A stretch of DNA of 29,417 nt from an uncultured Anaerolineae bacterium (GTDB lineage Bacteria > Chloroflexota > Anaerolineae > JAFGEY01), in NCBI GenBank assembly GCA_964481205.1, contig CAYZYE010000011.1:12788-42204 (forward strand), written 5' to 3'. This document shows, piece after piece, positions 25,976-29,417 of this stretch. Each line of letters begins with the position of its first letter. Positions within the stretch are counted from its first letter, which is position 1. The notes below the pieces were generated by a model that searched no databases, had not been told where the DNA came from, and worked only from the letters and a program-made list of their open reading frames with translations. A program made the position numbers and the translations under genes.

Positions 25976-26716
25976 TCAATTCTGGTGTAGAACAAAGGAC
26001 TTGCCCGGTTTCATCAGCACGACGCGCGCTTGAATGTCCAGCTCGCGGCAGGCATTGACAAAGTCCTGCGGGTCGGCATTGTTGTCGCGGAACATCCGGT
26101 AGTGCATTGGGATCACGACGCTCGGCTGGACGATCGCGGTGAGTTGCGCGGCTTCCAGCGCGTTCATATTGCCCCACCGGCCATTGATCGGCACGACGAA
26201 CAGATCGGGCTGCATGTCCTGTGCCTCCTCGATCAACCGGGGCGCGTATTCCGAGTCGCCGACCTGGTAGACGGTAAATCCGTTCGCGTCCAGCACAATG
26301 CCAATGGCGTCGTGTTTGTCGCCGGAATGGTGTTTGGCGTATACGGCGCTCAACTCGACATCTGCCACCTGGATCGACTGGCCGCGATCCAGGGCCAGGA
26401 ATCGCTCGGCCGGCAGCGCCATGCGCAGCCAGTGTTCCTTGCACGAGGTCGGCCCGACAAAGAGCGTTTCGGTCCGCTCGGCGGCGGGGCGCAGTGTATG
26501 TTCGTCAAAATGGTCGGTGTGATCGTGGGTGGTGACAATGATGTCGGCCTTGAGCCGCGAAGGGGGAATGAGCACCGGCGTCAAACGCTCGCGCGTCGCG
26601 CCTTGGGATGTGGCATACGAGAGATAGGGATCGACGCAGACGCCGGTATTGGACGGAAAACGGTAAATAAAACCGGCCTGGCCAAGCCAGGTGACACAAA
26701 GTGTGGTCATTTTCAT
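25976..26716 (-). CDS. MBL-fold metallo-hydrolase
   Basis: HxHxDH motif (VTTHDHTDHFD) plus downstream His/Asp ligands. Confidence 0.85.
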   Translation of the reverse strand: MKMTTLCVTWLGQAGFIYRFPSNTGVCVDPYLSYATSQGATRERLTPVLIPPSRLKADIIVTTHDHTDHFDEHTLRPAAERTETLFVGPTSCKEHWLRMALPAERFLALDRGQSIQVADVELSAVYAKHHSGDKHDAIGIVLDANGFTVYQVGDSEYAPRLIEEAQDMQPDLFVVPINGRWGNMNALEAAQLTAIVQPSVVIPMHYRMFRDNNADPQDFVNACRELDIQARVVLMKPGKSFVLHQN

Positions 26717-26920
26717 CCTCGTGTTTTTCTATCTGTTCGGATCGATGCCTGTAGCCAAAAATTATGGTACAGGACGAATTGTAACGTGTATTATACTCGG
26801 GGCTGCACGGGCTGTCAAATTCGATATGCGCCGAACCTTGCGCCAAATGCAAGGATGAGTACAATAGTAAATGCTGGGGCCGCAATCTGTTTGATTTCAA
26901 GGCAAAGGTAGGCAAGTGTG

Positions 26921-27535
26921 ATGTCCGATCGACCTCTAAAAAGTTCGAGTGCTGCTGCCAAACGGGCGACGCGCGCAGAGCGCGCCCGGTCGCGCTGGAT
27001 GAACAAGAACCAGTCTCCGCCTCCATCCGCATCTTCCCCGCGATTAAAGATCAGTGTGGTAATTCTCTATTTGTTGGTTGCCATCTCGTTGTCGGCAAAT
27101 GGTTTTTTTGTCTGGCTGCTCGTCAAGGTGCAAGAGCAAGCCTATGCGTCGTTGGACCAGGTCATAACCATGGCCAACGCGATCGGGGACGAGGTGATCA
27201 CGGTGCCGATCCACGTCCAGGAAGAGTTTCCGGTCAATGTCTCGGTGCCATTCGAATACAGCGACACTTTTGCGGTCAACACTGTTATACCCATTTCGAC
27301 CACGTTGGTAGTGCCCTTTGAAATCATGAACGCGACGATCAATATTGATGTGCCGGTCGATTTTACCGTGCCGATCAGCCTGGGCGTTCCCGTGTCGCTG
27401 AGCAAGACGTTTGACATCAGCACCACCATCCCTGTCGAATTTGATCTGAGCATTGATGTAAAGTTGTCGGATACGCCGCTGCCGTTGTACCTGCAAGATT
27501 TGGAAAAGATCATCCGCGACACCAAGTTTCCATAA
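26921..27535 (+). CDS. Hypothetical single-pass membrane protein with Val/Pro-rich beta-strand-like extracytoplasmic domain
   Basis: AAGGTAGG RBS. One TM helix (ISVVILYLLVAISLSANGFFVWLLV). The domain is repetitive and V/P/I/T-rich. No family recognised. Confidence 0.7.
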   Translation: MSDRPLKSSSAAAKRATRAERARSRWMNKNQSPPPSASSPRLKISVVILYLLVAISLSANGFFVWLLVKVQEQAYASLDQVITMANAIGDEVITVPIHVQEEFPVNVSVPFEYSDTFAVNTVIPISTTLVVPFEIMNATINIDVPVDFTVPISLGVPVSLSKTFDISTTIPVEFDLSIDVKLSDTPLPLYLQDLEKIIRDTKFP

Positions 27536-27564
27536 AATTGGGACTTTTCTTTTTAATCGAGTTA

Positions 27565-27573
27565 TGGTATAGT
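27565..27573 (+). promoter_or_regulatory. Extended -10 element TGgTATAGT upstream of the SPFH gene
   Basis: Read directly. The -35 is weak. Confidence 0.25.
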
Positions 27574-27614
27574 ATACATAACGGTGTGGACCAGGATCGA
27601 ATCTGGAGGGTGGT

Positions 27615-29240
27615 ATGAAAAAGATCAAAAGCGCCAAGCAACTCATCATCACACTGATCGTTGGTTTTGTGCCAACAGCAATCTGCTTTACTGTGGGGTG
27701 GTCAATCGCGGGTTGGGTTTTCTTTTTGTTGACCCTCTTGGGCCTGTGTTTTACCTTTGTTTCCCGGTTGTATGTGCTCGTGTTCTCTTTGTTTGCCGTT
27801 GTGTCGATCTCGGTCATTTGTGGCATGGTGATCGATCGATGGGGCTTTGGCGATATGGTGGGCACCCTGGCCGGGTGGCGGCCGGTAATTTCATGGGCAA
27901 TTGGCCTCGTCGTTGGCATCATCGTCCTGGTTGGTTTCTGGTTCCCGGTGCTCTATGTCAACGCCCGGTGGTTGATGGATTCGTCCAGGTCGCTCGACGT
28001 TTCGACCGGGCAAATGATAAAGTTTTTGATCTCGCGCATATTTCAAACCGGGCAGCAGGTTATCGTCGTCGACGACGGTCCCAATGGCGTGAGTATTTTC
28101 GACAACACTCGCGGCATTTTGTCGGGCGTCGGCGGGCCGGGCATTTTGATCCTCTCGCCCGGCTTTGCGGCGGTCTTGCAAAGCGGCGGCCGGATCACGC
28201 GGGTTGTCGGTCCGGGCATCCACAAATTGAACCAGTTTGAGAATTTTGTCCAACCTCGTGAGACAAAGGGGTTGGTGGATTTGCGTCCCCAATTTGCCGG
28301 CGGCACCAAGTCCCCGGCCACCGAGGTGCGCACCAAGGACGGCATTCCGCTCGAGATCGTGATCGGCACTTTTTTCCAGCTTGAACCCACTCATGTCACC
28401 GATCAACGCCCGGAAAGTCATCTCCCCGGCGGCGACGCGACCACGCCGGTCATTGGCGGGCCGGAATATCCCGTTTACGAGGCGATCATTCGCAAAGCGT
28501 TGGTCAAGATCCCCCGTGGCGGGTTCAAAACCGGCTGGTTTCCCGGCGACCCGATCACCCGTCTGCGCGACGTGGTAGCCACGTACACGCTGGACGAGAT
28601 ATTTCAGGTGGTCGATGACGACCCCAACAATCCGAAAACCGCGGCCGACCGGCGTGTGATCCAGCGCATCGAGGAGGAGATCAAGCGACGCTTCAACCCC
28701 TCCGGCGGCGGCGTCTGGTTCAAAGGCATTGACATTCGCGAGATTCGGATGAAGCCCGAAATAGAAGACCAAATGCTAAAGCGCTGGGTGGCGGACAAAG
28801 AACGCCGTGATAGAATCGCCGATGCACAAGCAGAAAAGCTGGCAATCATTGAGCGAAGCAGAGGTCAAGCCCAGGCGCTGCAAACATTGGAAAAAGTAAA
28901 GTATTCCGCTCGCAAAGATATGCTCGACACCATTGATAGTATGCTTGCCATACTGGTCAAGAGCGGTCACGAACAGATGGCGGTCCGAATCGTCAGCGTG
29001 ATTGAAGAACTCACCAGGCGCGTCGGCGAGGATGAGACGGTGCGGATGCGGTACATTGAAGCGATGGAAGCGATTATGCAAAGCGATGGGACAAAGAGCT
29101 TCATGATCACGTCGCCGGCGCCCGCTCCATCGGGGTCATTGCCAGCCGCACCGGCCCCGACAATGCAAACAATGCCAACAGTGCCAACAGTGCCAACAGT
29201 CCAGATAGTTCCAGGGTCAGGCAACAAAGACAAAAAGTAA
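27615..29240 (+). CDS. SPFH/band-7 (stomatin/prohibitin/flotillin/HflKC-like) domain protein with four N-terminal TM helices, coiled-coil and Pro/Thr-rich C-terminal tail
   Basis: GGAGGG RBS. SPFH core (VVDDGPNGVSIF...GILILSPG...KDGIPLEIVIGTFFQLE...VWFKGIDIREIRMKPEI), then a heptad-like helical region and a PTVPTVPTV tail. Confidence 0.85.
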   Translation: MKKIKSAKQLIITLIVGFVPTAICFTVGWSIAGWVFFLLTLLGLCFTFVSRLYVLVFSLFAVVSISVICGMVIDRWGFGDMVGTLAGWRPVISWAIGLVVGIIVLVGFWFPVLYVNARWLMDSSRSLDVSTGQMIKFLISRIFQTGQQVIVVDDGPNGVSIFDNTRGILSGVGGPGILILSPGFAAVLQSGGRITRVVGPGIHKLNQFENFVQPRETKGLVDLRPQFAGGTKSPATEVRTKDGIPLEIVIGTFFQLEPTHVTDQRPESHLPGGDATTPVIGGPEYPVYEAIIRKALVKIPRGGFKTGWFPGDPITRLRDVVATYTLDEIFQVVDDDPNNPKTAADRRVIQRIEEEIKRRFNPSGGGVWFKGIDIREIRMKPEIEDQMLKRWVADKERRDRIADAQAEKLAIIERSRGQAQALQTLEKVKYSARKDMLDTIDSMLAILVKSGHEQMAVRIVSVIEELTRRVGEDETVRMRYIEAMEAIMQSDGTKSFMITSPAPAPSGSLPAAPAPTMQTMPTVPTVPTVQIVPGSGNKDKK

Positions 29241-29417
29241 CTTGCCGTCTTGTTGGAAACTGTCAACATCTCAAAATCCGCATTTTGGTTAGTGTCTTCA
29301 AGTTTTCGCTATTGCAACTTTGCCCGGCCAAAGTCGCCAGGCTCAGGAAATGGAAAATTGGCTGGTAGAATTGGAAATTCAACGCAGAGACGCCGAGTCG
29401 CAGAGCCGATAGATATG

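Noticed and set aside
1-29417. CRISPR arrays, tRNA/rRNA genes, IS elements/transposases, integrases and toxin-antitoxin pairs
   Set aside because: No regularly spaced direct repeats are present. No cloverleaf-compatible segments or T-loop motifs were found. No transposase- or integrase-like ORFs exist, and the small RHH protein has no adjacent toxin partner. The only short-repeat features are the palindromes reported above.
29241-29417. Short direct repeats (GGAAATTGG-like) and a short ATG ORF at the 3' edge
   Set aside because: The region is too short and truncated by the window end to interpret. It is probably the promoter and 5' end of the next gene.

Overview
This is a high-GC (~65%) bacterial chromosomal segment with native-looking codon usage. 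It contains no rRNA, tRNA, CRISPR array or transposase. I do not assign a source taxon.

Gene content, in window order:
- 1-9.1 kb, mostly plus strand: carbohydrate- and ester-hydrolysis genes. These are a Gfo/Idh/MocA oxidoreductase, a xylose-isomerase-like TIM-barrel protein, a small ribbon-helix-helix protein, an alkaline-phosphatase-superfamily phosphodiesterase, a CE7 acetyl-xylan esterase, a small membrane protein, and a sulfatase-fold protein. A radical-SAM anaerobic sulfatase maturase lies convergent to the sulfatase-fold gene.
- 9.2-17.5 kb, minus strand: an eight-gene aromatic amino-acid supraoperon. Gene order is aroH (AroH-type chorismate mutase), pheA, DAHP synthase, tyrA, aroA, aroE, aroC, and a fused aroK-aroB. 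Three gene junctions are ATGA overlaps.
- 17.9-21.6 kb, minus strand: glycerophosphodiester phosphodiesterase, an AAA+ ATPase, a receiver-only response regulator and an LCP-family protein.
- 21.8-24.9 kb, minus strand: a 1048-aa fusion of an N-terminal GNAT acetyltransferase to a very large uncharacterised beta-rich region.
- 25.5-29.2 kb: a small hypothetical gene, an MBL-fold hydrolase, a single-pass membrane protein and a polytopic SPFH/band-7 protein.

The most interesting signals are two leader-peptide attenuator-like cassettes on the minus strand, neither in the ORF track. Each has a near-consensus sigma70 promoter, a short ORF, alternative hairpins and a strong intrinsic terminator, and each sits directly upstream of a structural gene with no promoter of its own.
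- Upstream of the aro supraoperon, the 34-codon leader contains the aromatic cluster F-Y-F-T-Y-Y. This is the signature of ribosome-mediated Phe/Tyr attenuation.
- Upstream of the GNAT-fusion gene, the 27-codon leader is Cys- and Arg-rich. It is followed by tandem terminators whose arms are interchangeable, so a 2:3 antiterminator pairing is possible.

Other points of note: the sulfatase-fold protein carries Thr in place of the formylglycine-precursor Cys/Ser, although a maturase is adjacent; a palindromic operator is duplicated upstream of the esterase gene; and a 120-bp element with perfect 14-bp inverted repeats lies upstream of the sulfatase-like gene.
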